This document shows, piece after piece, positions 23,830-34,329 of a stretch of DNA of 64,000 nucleotides. Each line of letters starts with the position of its first letter. Positions within the stretch are counted from its first letter, which is position 1. The position numbers and the translations under genes are program-made. The DNA is from Anthoceros angustus (lineage: Eukaryota; Plantae; Anthocerotophyta): assembly GCA_010909165.1 (NCBI GenBank), contig VJWM01000068.1:62001-126000 (forward strand), read 5' to 3'. The notes under the pieces are model-generated. The model ran no database searches. It was not told the DNA's origin and saw only the letters and a program-made list of their open reading frames with translations.

Positions 23830-25600
23830 GAGGGTGCACAGGAAAAGAAATCGTTTTTCGGCTACAGGGCCGTATGACTTTTTTCACATTCTGGTGAAAG
23901 TCTTTTCTTTTGATTCCCATGGCGATGAGGGGATACTCGTTCGAGGAATGGGAGGGCATTTTAAAGGCTATGAAGGAGGACTTCGAGGTTGTAATATAGG
24001 GCCTTCAATCCCGGATGAAGGATTTGGAGGCGGCCACCAAGGTCAAGGTCTTGGAAGAGGCCAATGCCCGTCTACACAAGGAACTAGAGAAATCAAAAGC
24101 AAACATCAGGTCTTTGAAGGTTGATATTATCTCCTTGCAGTTATCCAATGGAGACTTGGCCCATGTGTTACGGGAGGAAGAGGCTTCCTAGCGTGCAGAT
24201 ATTCAGGCTCTTCAGGACTTTGCTGAGGACTCTATACTTAAATTGGTTAAAAATTCACGGCCGGATTTGGTAGCTCGGTGGTGCAGGTAGTGGGCGGTGG
24301 CTTTGTGCGGAGGGCGTTTGGGACCGTCGGTAGTCTGGCGAGCTTTTCCTGGGCGTGGAGTGTGGTGCTCGGTGGATTTGGGAGCCTGCAGCAGGCAATA
24401 GGCGGTGGGTTTGTGCGGAAGGCCTTTGGGTCCAGCTGCGGCGATCCGCCTTCGAGCAAGGAGCGTAGTGCGCCAAACTGGTGCGGGCGGACGGACAAGG
24501 CAGCCCGGTGCGTGGTGAAGGACACCATGTCACTAGCAACGAGTAGGGTGAAGGCTCGGCAGCGTGTGGCAGGAGCAGCTGTTGCCGATAATTCCGGTGG
24601 TGTGTCAAGCGCCTCCTGTGCAACCAAGATGGACAACCCAGCAATCTCTGGAGCTCTCCAGAGTTGGGAAGAGGGAAGCACAGAAGGCCATGAAGAAGGC
24701 TGCAAAGAATGTAGAAGAGGAGGCCGCCAGCTGAAGGCTAGGTTGGATAGAGCTGCAAAGGTGACTGCGGCTCTGCAAGGACACGACATTCCTGAAAAAT
24801 AAAGGGGGGAGCATTGGTGTTGGCACTACGGTGATATGGAATTGTCAACTACAGGTGTGAATGTGAGATGTCTTTGAACTACTGGACTAAAGGAGGCTAT
24901 TGGAGGTGAAGATGAGATCAAGAGGCATTTTGGGGATGTCACTAATGGAAATGATGGATACCTCTTGGGGATCACCGACCTACTATCTGACATAGAGTGG
25001 ACGCATGTTGACAGTCTTGTAGAGAAGCTGTATGGGCGGGCTCCCACGGCTGTTGCATCGCAAAGGGTGCCCGGTTTGTGGCACTTGGGTTCCTAATCGA
25101 TCGAGAAGAAGCTTGGCAAGCGTGTGAATTGGTTTGAGTACTATTTAGCTGTTGAGAAGAGGAAGGGATAAGGCGAGATCGATGGAGAAGAAATCACAGT
25201 TGTGGAAGTCCCATCTGCAGAGAACACAAACGATTCTTCACTGTGTGGTGGCGGTGGCTTTGTGCGGAGGCTGTTTTGTCAAAAGATGGGAGGAGGCACT
25301 TGGGTTCCTAATCGAGAAGAAGCTTGTCTTTGCGGAGGCTGTTTTGTCAAAAGATGGGAGGAGGCACTCTTGGATTTGGGAGCTCGGTGGTGGCCTCGGT
25401 GATGTCTTGAGCCATGGGCACCAAAGGTTGTCATGGATGAGGTGCATGGAAAAATTCGTGCGAGTTGGAAGCTTGTCTTTGCGGAGGCTGTTTTGTCAAA
25501 AGATGGGAGGAGGCACTCTTGGATTTGGGCAACACCAAGGTCCAGCTTCGACATGGTCATGAATAGTGGAGGGCTTGGCGGCGAGTATTCGCGAGACTTT
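23830..25600 (+). mobile_element. Probable LTR-retrotransposon 3' remnant: degenerate ORFs, polypurine tract and start of an LTR
   Basis: TAAAGGGGGGAGC (24800-24812) followed by TGTTGG at 24818, a copia-like PPT/LTR junction. Upstream are a coiled-coil ORF remnant (KVLEEANARLHKELEKSKANIRSLK) and ORF 24278-24802. A ~45-bp repeat GCGGAGGCTGTTTTGTCAAAAGATGGGAGGAGGCACT occurs 3 times at 25264-25520. No pol or second LTR found. Confidence 0.45.
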
Positions 25601-26799
25601 GTCTCGGATTTCATGCTTGACAAAACTAAATATTCCGAGGGTGTTTCGACCGGTTGAAGGAGAAAAAAAAATGAGGAACAAGCTCGGACACCCTGCTTCT
25701 CTTGAAAACATGAGGATGTTCTCCGGTAGCGTTCACAAGTGCAGAACATGGATCACTGCGTGGGTGTCGGCTCCCGCCTCTCCCGCCAAGTCATGCCCCG
25801 TGCCGGCGTGTAGTGTTTGTCTGGCGTAAGTGTGGATTCTTCTTGCACACGGACGAGGTGTCCGTGACCGATGTTTTCCTTATGGTGATGTCTGCGAGGT
25901 GGGTGCTCTGGGTGCTCCTGGTGACGTTCACGGGATGGTGAGGTGGTGGTAGGGTGCTCAAGGGGTTGGTGACTCATGTGTTCTCTGGTGGAAGGGTGGG
26001 TGATCACTTGGACGGGATGGTGAGGAATTGGTTCAGGTGTTCATCTGCTGAGTGTCCTGGTGAGCTTTTGGTGGCCTTGGTGATGTAGTGCATGGCTTGT
26101 GTGCAGGTTATGGCCATCGTACTGTAGGGGTAGGTCGGTGGGCAGGTGGTGGCATTCGTGATGTAGTGGTAGGTTGGTGGGCAGGTGGTGGCCTCGGTGA
26201 TGTCCTGGTTTCCTGGTGGATGGGTTGCTGGACTTGGTGATGTAGTGGTGGGTTGGCGGACAGGAGGTGGCCTTGGCACCACCTAGTCATGTGGTGCCAA
26301 GGCCAAGGTGATCCCTTTCTCACGCAACCGCTGGTTTTCCTTCAAAGCGCAAGCTTCGTGTGTCCTAAAGTGTAATGTGTGTCATGGCGGTGGTACGCCT
26401 AACGAGATGGTGTTCACTCCATGTGGCCATTGCTTCCACGATATCTCGCTCAGAGCACTTGACAAACATTGTTGCTGCCCACGTCCGGTGCAATCTTGAT
26501 GTGCCATCATGGTTGAGAGCGAAGGGTTGGTGATCAAAGCACCGAGGAGAAGCTCCTTCCATGGGAGCAGTGAGACACTTGGGAGAAAGAGTTCCTCGAG
26601 TGCATTGGAGACTCGGCGACCATGACACAGCGATGGAAAGACATTGGAGTCACAATCACCAACAGCAATTGGTTGGCCACCCCCAGCAGCAAAAAATCTT
26701 AGAGTCTCCAATATGTATGTTCCACAGTTCTCCAGTGTTGGTTGTCTTGTCCATTTTCATTTGTTGGTCGCGACTAAATTTTGTCATCTGACATCGAAC

Positions 26800-28509
26800 T
26801 GGTCCAGGGTGCAATTATGCCAACCTGACGCCGATGTCAACGTATTTCTCCACCTGCCGTGTATGATGAATTTCTTGCAAGGCCGAAGGAGGCACATGAA
26901 GCCTACGTGAATTCCTTCGCAGACCCCAATGCCCGGAGGGAAAAGCCTCGTGTTGTTCGCGCATGTTTGGGCAGCGATTACTCAGGTACAGTGGTGCTAG
27001 ACTCACAAATTGAAGATGACGTTGTCCCCACAGCAGGCAGCCACACGAGCAGCCCTCAGTTCATGGACATAGCTCCTACTCCACCAAGGCCGCCGTACAC
27101 AAGGTCCCCCCTGGGGCTGAAGTTGGTGAGGAATGCAGACGGCAAGTTGGCATGTGTGCGTGTTCCTCTGAAAGGACATCAGGTGTGGGTTTGTGAGGGC
27201 ATTGCTTTGTTGAAACTAGATATTGTTGTCTACACTTTGAGTACATGTTTGTCCGTTGCGCAGGATGACCAGGCCACAGCACAAGCTACAACGGTGGCCG
27301 CGCCTACTGCTCTCGTTGGTCACGGGTGTATTGTGCAGTCTCTTATTGCGACAGACAACGGTGCCTTCCCAGCTGGTATTCGAGTGGAGGTGTGGATGTA
27401 GGTGATGAAATGGTTGTGGTGTCCAGTAGTCTTGTGAATCGAAGTGATAACTTGGAGGTGGCCGCAATTGAATGTGTTGATAAATGTGACGAACTGGCAG
27501 AGGAGTCAGGTGGTGTTCTACCTGTAACCAATATTTTGGATCATGTGGCAAGTGATGCGGACCAAAGTGTCCATTTGGCATTGACGACAACTGGTGATGT
27601 CCAACCGATTGGTAGCCAGGGTGTGGTGGCAGGTGGAGATCTGTATGAGGGTGGCGCAGTGGATACTGTGATGATTGGTGCCAATCAGGTTATAGCAGAT
27701 AGGGTTGTTGCGGATGACGCCCTCAATCACGCGAACATCAAAAATCTTTTGGAGCATCCTGGCGATGTGGAGGCAGTGCGTACTGATCTGGAACATACTT
27801 GCAACCAGGAATCAATGTCGGTGCTCTTCACCGCAGTCGGCGTGACGGTGTTCTTGCAAGTGGTGGTGGGCCCATCATGCCCAATGAAGAAGGTGGGCTG
27901 CGAATGAAATGGTGACTTTTGAAATGGTTGATGAGTTCGCGACCGTGGGCGAATCGAAAAACCAATGAAGGAAAGGAGAGCATGCGAGCAGTAGTCCGGT
28001 AGGACGCCACCTCCTGGCGTCGTTAGCGGAGGCCGAAAAGGAAGAATGGGAAACAGGCCCCAAAAGAAACATCCGTGGGAAGCACAAGGGTGCTCAATGG
28101 TCGTAGAGAATGTGGATGAAGTGCCCCACCCATGCCTCAAGGTCTTATGACGACACATCCGTGCGGTAGTAACTTTATGGTGCTGGCTCCCAAGGGAAAT
28201 GTAGAGCATGTGGAGTTCTATGTGCTACGATGTATCGTGATGCCACCTAGCCAAGCCGTTCTTGACAAAGCATGGCAAAGCGGCAAGGTGTTTCCTATTG
28301 GCGATAGGGTGATCATGGCTTATTATTACGAGCAGAGCCAAATTCGGAGGGTGTACCAGCTCCTTAACTCGTGTCCGTGGTCACCCCACGCAATAGAGGA
28401 GGACATGGTTTTGGCAACAAACTTGATGACGCCATCCCAAGGCTACCCGCAAGACATCCAGTGTATTGGTGAGCCCCACAATCGCCAAATATCCGGACTG
28501 GGTGGCTAA
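26800..28509 (+). mobile_element. Degenerate ORF mosaic, possibly the C-terminal part of an unclassified DNA-transposon protein
   Basis: Broken ORFs 26859-27401, 27326-27907 and 28132-28509. The last (GSNFMVLAPKGNVEHVEFYVLRC...FPIGDRVIMAYYY) recalls TE-associated hypothetical proteins of seed-free plants from memory only; not verifiable here. Confidence 0.3.
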
Positions 28510-29400
28510 GAGGAGCATGTCAAGGAGGGACTTGACGGTCAAGTGATTGTCTTGGTGGTATGGTCGGCACCTGCATGCGTGGTTTTGAGTTTCTAGGCAC
28601 CCATGCCTAAATGTAGGGTTGTTAAGGAGGCCCGTTTTCTTTTTGGTTGATCCACATACAATGGTCAGCGATAACTTGCCGACATGAGGCAACAAGATTT
28701 ACCTCTGCACTTGACATTAACGAAACATGCCTTCAACCCGTCTTGCATTAGCACATGCCACACAACATCCTTTCCAACTCGTTCACACCGAGGGATCAAG
28801 TTACGAGGCTTGGGTAACAACTACATCCAAGCACGCCGCCTAAAAGGGCTTGGCACAACAACATGCAGCGCCATGTCCAGCTATCCAAAGAATGTGGAAG
28901 ACGGCCCCAATCACAAGACCGTAGCTAAGATGCTTCCATTGCGTAGTTGGCAAACCAGCGCCATCAAGAGTCGCCACTTTCCACGCCATCCTTGATTCAT
29001 TGTCTATAACACGCCCATGTCACAATCATCCTCAACAACGGTCGACATCCCTTCCTGCGCAATTCGAGCGACTTGAGGTCTTCCGGGCATATGGCATCCA
29101 CGCTCCCTCTTCGAAGCCCGACGCACGCCGCCGCCGCCGCCGCCGGTCGATCTTGGAACCGCGCATTGCGGCCAAAACCTTGGCTTCCATCAAGCTCCTT
29201 GCCTCGGCTGCCCATGGCTTCTCCCCATCATCAAGGGCGGAACCAGGAGGAGCTGCGGCGGTGCAGGGGTTCTGACAAATCACAGCACCCAAGTTAGAGC
29301 ACATGGCGGCCATTGCATTCCCTGTGGTAGCTCCAGAAGGCGAAAGCTGCAGTGACCTGATCCCAGTTGTGGCTATCATGCCATTTAAAGCCCAGACTAT
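28500..29400 (-). mobile_element. Degenerate TE-like coding remnant
   Basis: Stop-interrupted frames with VWHVLMQDGLKACFVNVKCRGK and IVCGSTKKK; no intact ORF, no termini found. Confidence 0.2.
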
Positions 29401-30078
29401 GTGCCACCAAGGACAAGGCCCAGGGACACCACGCCAGGGGGGTCAATTGGCAGAAAGTGGGCTTCGAACGTGTGGCGGATAATCATGTGTCCCAGAGACC
29501 AGGAACTCAACTTTTAATGCAAGTGCCCTTGTAAGCAAATTCCACGGGAATAAGTGTCTTGCATGAATGCAACTGGCATATGCTATGTGCATCCTTTCTG
29601 ACCCCTAAAGAAGCCATGTATCAACGTGTTAACATGGACAAGACCCATTTGCAAAATAACTTTCGGTGAACACAGGCGCCACAGTTAGTGACAACTGGTT
29701 AGTGAGCAAATAGTTAGTGACCAGCTTGGTGGTCGTGGTTATGTTTGCCAAACGTGGGCCTCGTACAATAGAGGTGACCAATCATTACGCACATGTGCTT
29801 TCTAGCACAAGGCTCGAGTTGCTTTCTCTCACCAAGGTGGTCACTCTCGAGAGCTTCCCCTCTAAAGAATAGCACTCCACACCTTCACTATCAGTGTACA
29901 CCCGCAGTTCAATCTTGCAACTTAGGACACAGTCGGCATGAAGGGTGCACTCCTCATTCTCTTCAGCCAGTGTGTACATAGACGCCGCCATCGTGTGGAG
30001 TGTGTAGTACTGGCCACAGACAACCGCTTCTCCCACTCGGAATGTTGAGTTGCTCCAAGGGCACCACTTGTTACATAG

Positions 30079-30129
30079 TAGGGATTAGGGATTAGGGATT
30101 GGGGATTGGGGATTGGGGATTGGGATGGG
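30079..30129. repeat. Telomere-like heptamer array GGGATT(A/G) x~7
   Basis: TAGGGATTAGGGATTAGGGATTGGGGATTGGGGATTGGGGATTGGG visible directly. Confidence 0.8.
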
Positions 30130-30350
30130 ACATGGAGCATGAAGCATAGAAAAAAGGAAGCATGGGATGGAGGAATGGGGAGGCTATGTTGTATACGATC
30201 TAGAAGGGCGGAAATGTTTTAAGTATCTTAAATGAGAGATATATTAAAATGTAAGAAATTTAATATTTAAAATTTAAACTATTTTAAAAAGAATTACTAT
30301 TTCCAACACGGTAGTGTCGGTAGCCCCATGGGATACCATAATATTTCCCT

Positions 30351-30629
30351 AGGCGCTAATGGTCACTGTGCTCTTAATATGAGCACGGAAACCAAAGCAC
30401 CAACTCACCTTGGTGAGCATGTCACATCGCAGCGGTCATGCCATCGCTCTCATCCACTCTCCCGTTCGGCACGACAGCATTTCGCACGCCCGTCGCCGCT
30501 TCACTAACCCTAATGTAACATATAATATAGCTATACCATATGTACTCTGTATTGTACCCATATGTCTACGTATTCCTGAACCCGTCTTTAGTTTGAAGAA
30601 GTGCAAACTCTAAAAGTGCCCTATCCCGC
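30351..30629 (+). repeat. Left TIR (~280 bp)
   Basis: AGGCGCTAATGGTCAC...GAAGTGCAAACTCTAAAAGTGCCCTATCC matches the reverse complement of the right end. Confidence 0.9.
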
Positions 30630-30699
30630 GCGCTCGCGAGGCCAGGCTCCAGAGCTGGCCGTGACAGAGCAAACAGAGAAGACGAATCAATTCCGATAA

Positions 30700-32690
30700 G
30701 GCCTGTGGGTGCCCCCATCATGCCTCAACCTTGCCCTTTTGAAGTGCAGAATCCGGGTCCCAGTCCTTTCTGTAAGGAGACATTGAATTGGCAGGATGGT
30801 GAGCATCTTGTCCGGCAGACGGTGACTCATGTGAAACGTTGCTACATTCCCTGGACGAGGTACCCATATTTCATTGCGGGCGAAGAGAAGTCGACGTTCT
30901 TCCCCACCAAATTGATAAGGGCCAATGTTTGGACCAGATCTGGTGTGAGGTAAAGAGGGATTTCATCTACCACTCCTCGGCACTACATCAAGTTTGCCTG
31001 TGCTTATGGCTACCGAAAGCAAACTCCTCTGGATTTTGCAGTTTGTGCGGACATCACTAACAAGCCAAAGTTAGGCAAAGGGAGCAGGCGCTCCAAGATT
31101 GCCTGTGGAGAAAGCAAGAAACGTGGGTGCTAGTTTTTGTTGTTTGTAACATAGCTGGGAATGTTTCCTCAGGTTGCTGAACTGAGACGCACATTGATTC
31201 AACGGGAGAGTATTGTCATGGTTTGCTAGCGAGTGATTCATCTTCAAATTGTACCCTTGCTCCTTATCTGTCCACAGCTAAGAAGGAGTGGGTGAAATAT
31301 AAGTTGCTACGTAAGACGACTGCTTTTCAGATCCTAGTTGACCATGAGTCTGAGGTGTTTTTAAGGAAGCATCATGATGTGCAAGCAGTCCTTGAGCGGG
31401 ATGATTTTGCTGCCTAGAGACATAAGGAATTTGCAGGCAGAGTTGGACTCCAGGGTGTGGCGATTCCATGTAAACGATGAGGTGAGTGTCAAGCTGTGGA
31501 TGGATGTCCATAGGGAGGAGGTGTTTTTTCCTTTGCCAAGAGAAGAACAACATGCCAAGGATTTTATGTTAGGCATCCAAACAGACATCATGCATATGGA
31601 CATTGATGTCGGGGTAGAGGTAAACCAAGCATGCGTCCAAAGACTTGAACTGTTTTATGCTACCTTTCCAGGAGTCTGCTAGCAGCTTTGTGAAGTATTT
31701 TAAAGACCAGTGGGGTTCTAACATGCTACAGTGGATTAAAGCAGTTAGGACAATTCCACATGCCGGACAAGACTGCAACTCGTCCATAGAAGCATATCAC
31801 AAATATCTAAAGTGCATATGTTTGAACTACAAGAAAACCCTCGTAATTGGCGATTGGATTGGCTGCTGCATATTTTGTTCGAAGAGGTTAACAGGCACTT
31901 TTGGTATGCAGCCCAGGGTAAGGCAGTTGGCATGCTTCGAAATTCCAAGCAGGAGGACATTGTGCGGAGTGCTCTCCAAAAAGCAACAGCCATATTAGAC
32001 AGCCATGTGGTCTTACCAACTCCAGACTCTCCAAATATTGCTTATGTCAACAGTCACGACAATGGGAAAGCACGTAGATATATTGTGAGTGGTGCCGGAA
32101 CCCCTTGGGGTTATTGTACATGTAAGCAAGGGACGCGAGGTTTCATATACAAACACTAGCTCAAGGTTATGCTGCTCATGGACAAGGTAGTCCCCACTCC
32201 AAAGCTGGTTGTTAGGTATTCCAGGGTTGCAGTTGCTCAAACTGAGTTCCAACACAACTTTCTGCCCAGTACTGAAGAGGACACTTCCATGTGGGAGAAT
32301 TTCCTCCCACATGACGGTGGCTTGAGGACAAGTATCCAAGGTGAGACTGGTATTCCCGTTCTTGAGCAAGCAACCGTGCGCACAGTAGGTAGATTGGAGA
32401 CGTCTCCAAGTTTGGGAGCTTTGTGCCAATAGTTGACACTCGTTTTGGAAAAGTGGCCTTTTCTTGAGCAGCATGCGAAGGGCTTATTCCAGCAAATGAT
32501 CAGACAATTAGAGGGTATGGGAGCTGGTACAGTAGGTAACACCATGCTTCCAACACTACTACTGCTAGCTGATAATAGCAATTCAGATAACAGCTTGAAA
32601 AAGAAGCTTGCTTTTTGGGAAAAAAGTAGTACTTGGAAGCTGCCATCTAAGAAGAAACAGCCCACTTTCGTGGAGCTTGCTGGATGAGTG
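30700..32690 (+). pseudogene. MULE-type transposase remnant with SWIM zinc finger; catalytic core largely deleted
   Basis: LPRDIRNL...NDEVSVKLW...FMLGIQT; FVKYFKDQW...QDCNSSIEAYHKYLK; WRLDWLLHIL; SWIM-like YCTCKQGTRGFIYKH (third Cys lost). Many stops and frameshifts, with only ~35 codons between GIQT and FVKYF. Confidence 0.75.
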
Positions 32691-33133
32691 GACACCATTT
32701 TTCCGTAATATGTGGTAGGGAATGCAAGCCTATTTGTGGTACATGGACATATAAGACATCAATTGAGAACCAACTGTAGTTGGCACTTTGTAATTTACGT
32801 TGGGCAGCTCGTGTCTTTGACCGCTTACAAAAGCTTGAACAATATAATTGCTGCAAGAGAAACTACGAGACATATCGCAGCAAGACTCTTTGCTGGAAGT
32901 GAAACCAGCACAATAGTTACAACCATAGACAGAGAACAAAAAACGACAAGAGGCACAACAATTGACAAAGGCTTGTTCACATGTTTGCTCACAAGGTCTT
33001 CACAGGCTCTGCACTCATTTGTGTCCGCATGAAAAGCTGAAATTGTTTGCACTAGAGGCGTATGTGCAGCTGTGCAGAATTATGGCAAATTATTGGCTCT
33101 GTTTTCCATCACACCACGGTCAGGAAACAATTC

Positions 33134-33898
33134 CTAAACGTAGACTGCATGAGCCCTTAGAATGATGATGCTGGAAGGGTGTCGACTTGACGCCTTTTTG
33201 ATGGAGAAGAGGCACAGGAAACTCTTGTGCAGCAGCCGGTCCAAGACTTATGTACCTTCTCCTCGTAATTCCTTCAAGCTAAACTCTTCAGGCCTAATAA
33301 AATCTCTACCAGCAGTGAATGCCGTCGCCCATGCCTCAACTGGAATCAGCAAGGAGGAGTCGAAGATGGTATTGCATTTGCCCATTCACAACGGCCTTAC
33401 ATTTTTTACACCACCCTCCCGGCGACATACCAGTGAAACATTTCACGCAACCTCTGTAGACATGTGAGCCTCTATCGTAATCCTGTATAGTGATGCGCAG
33501 AGGCACAAAGCTGAGCTGGGTAGGCTCGTCCTCCTCCAACTGAGCGACCACTGTGTTCAAGTCGAGCTTCATTCGCAGTTTTGCCACTACGGCCCTGGCC
33601 CGGCGTGGATAGGGCACTTTCAGAGTTTGCACTTCTTCAAACTAAAGACGGGTTCAGGAATACGTAGACATATAGATACAATACAGAGTACATATGGTAT
33701 AGCTATATTATGCGTTACATTAGGGTTAGTGAAGCGGCGACGGGCGCGCAAAATGCCGTCGCGCCGGATGGGCGCGCAAAATGCCGTCGCGCCGGACGGG
33801 CACGCAAAATGCCGTCGCACCGGACGGGCGCGCAAAATGCCGTCGCGCCGAACGGGAGAGTGGATGAGAGCGATGGCATGACCGCTGCGGTATGACAT
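33134..33898 (-). pseudogene. RPA70 C-terminal-like OB-fold (zinc-ribbon) gene inside the MULE; one frameshift (~33337) and one stop (33248)
   Basis: VYRGCVKCFTGMSPGGWCKKCKAVVNGQMQYHLRLLLADSS/EAWATAF fits the YxxCxxC...CxxC...Y...DxTG..W.T.F pattern of RPA1 DBD-C. A putative first exon 33898-33719 and 77-nt intron lie within the TIR. Confidence 0.75.
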
Positions 33899-33966
33899 GC
33901 TCACCATGGTGAGTTGGCGCTTTGGTTTCCGTGCTCGCATTAAGAGCACGGTGACCATTAGCGCCT
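33608..33966 (-). repeat. Right TIR, with a 28-bp subrepeat in 4 copies (1 copy in the left TIR)
   Basis: GGGCGCGCAAAATGCCGTCGCGCCGGA(C/T) x4 at ~33742-33853. Confidence 0.9.
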
Positions 33967-34329
33967 GCCTAGGAGGTCTAGACAAGGTTACTTGGAGGAC
34001 GGCCAGTTGAAAACAAAAAATACGTAACTTGATATAAGTAGTATAATATCCGTAATAAGTTACATTAACTCGTTTTGGCATTGTTCGACATCCATAATAC
34101 ACGTTTCTCTCCTAGCCATCGAAATTGCTTACACTAGGCACTTTGTCGGGTTGATGCACTTCATGGGCTGATAAGTCATCATACCAAAATCGATCAGGCT
34201 ATTTGAGGTACCAAAATTGGATCTGTACAAGCAAGTACCTAATAAAGGATTGCTAGAGAGCTGGGTACAAAAGGTTACGGGTAGAGAAATCGTTGTGGAC
34301 TTTTGTACGAGAGGCTGTGAGATGGGCTC

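Larger units (their letters stand above)
30351..33966. mobile_element. Mutator-like (MULE) DNA transposon with long TIRs and two convergent genes
   Basis: 30351-30629 is a high-identity inverted copy of 33608-33966 and the interval holds a SWIM-containing transposase remnant. No convincing 9-bp TSD (only TCCCTA/TGCCTA flanking 30352-33965). Confidence 0.85.

Noticed and set aside
24818-30308. TGTTGG at 24818 and TTCCAACA at 30301-30308 as ends of one LTR
   Set aside because: They are 5.5 kb apart with no second LTR, PBS or TSD; insufficient support.
33134-33641. RPA-like gene as evidence of a Helitron
   Set aside because: No Rep/helicase motifs or Helitron termini seen, and the ORF starts inside the MULE TIR.
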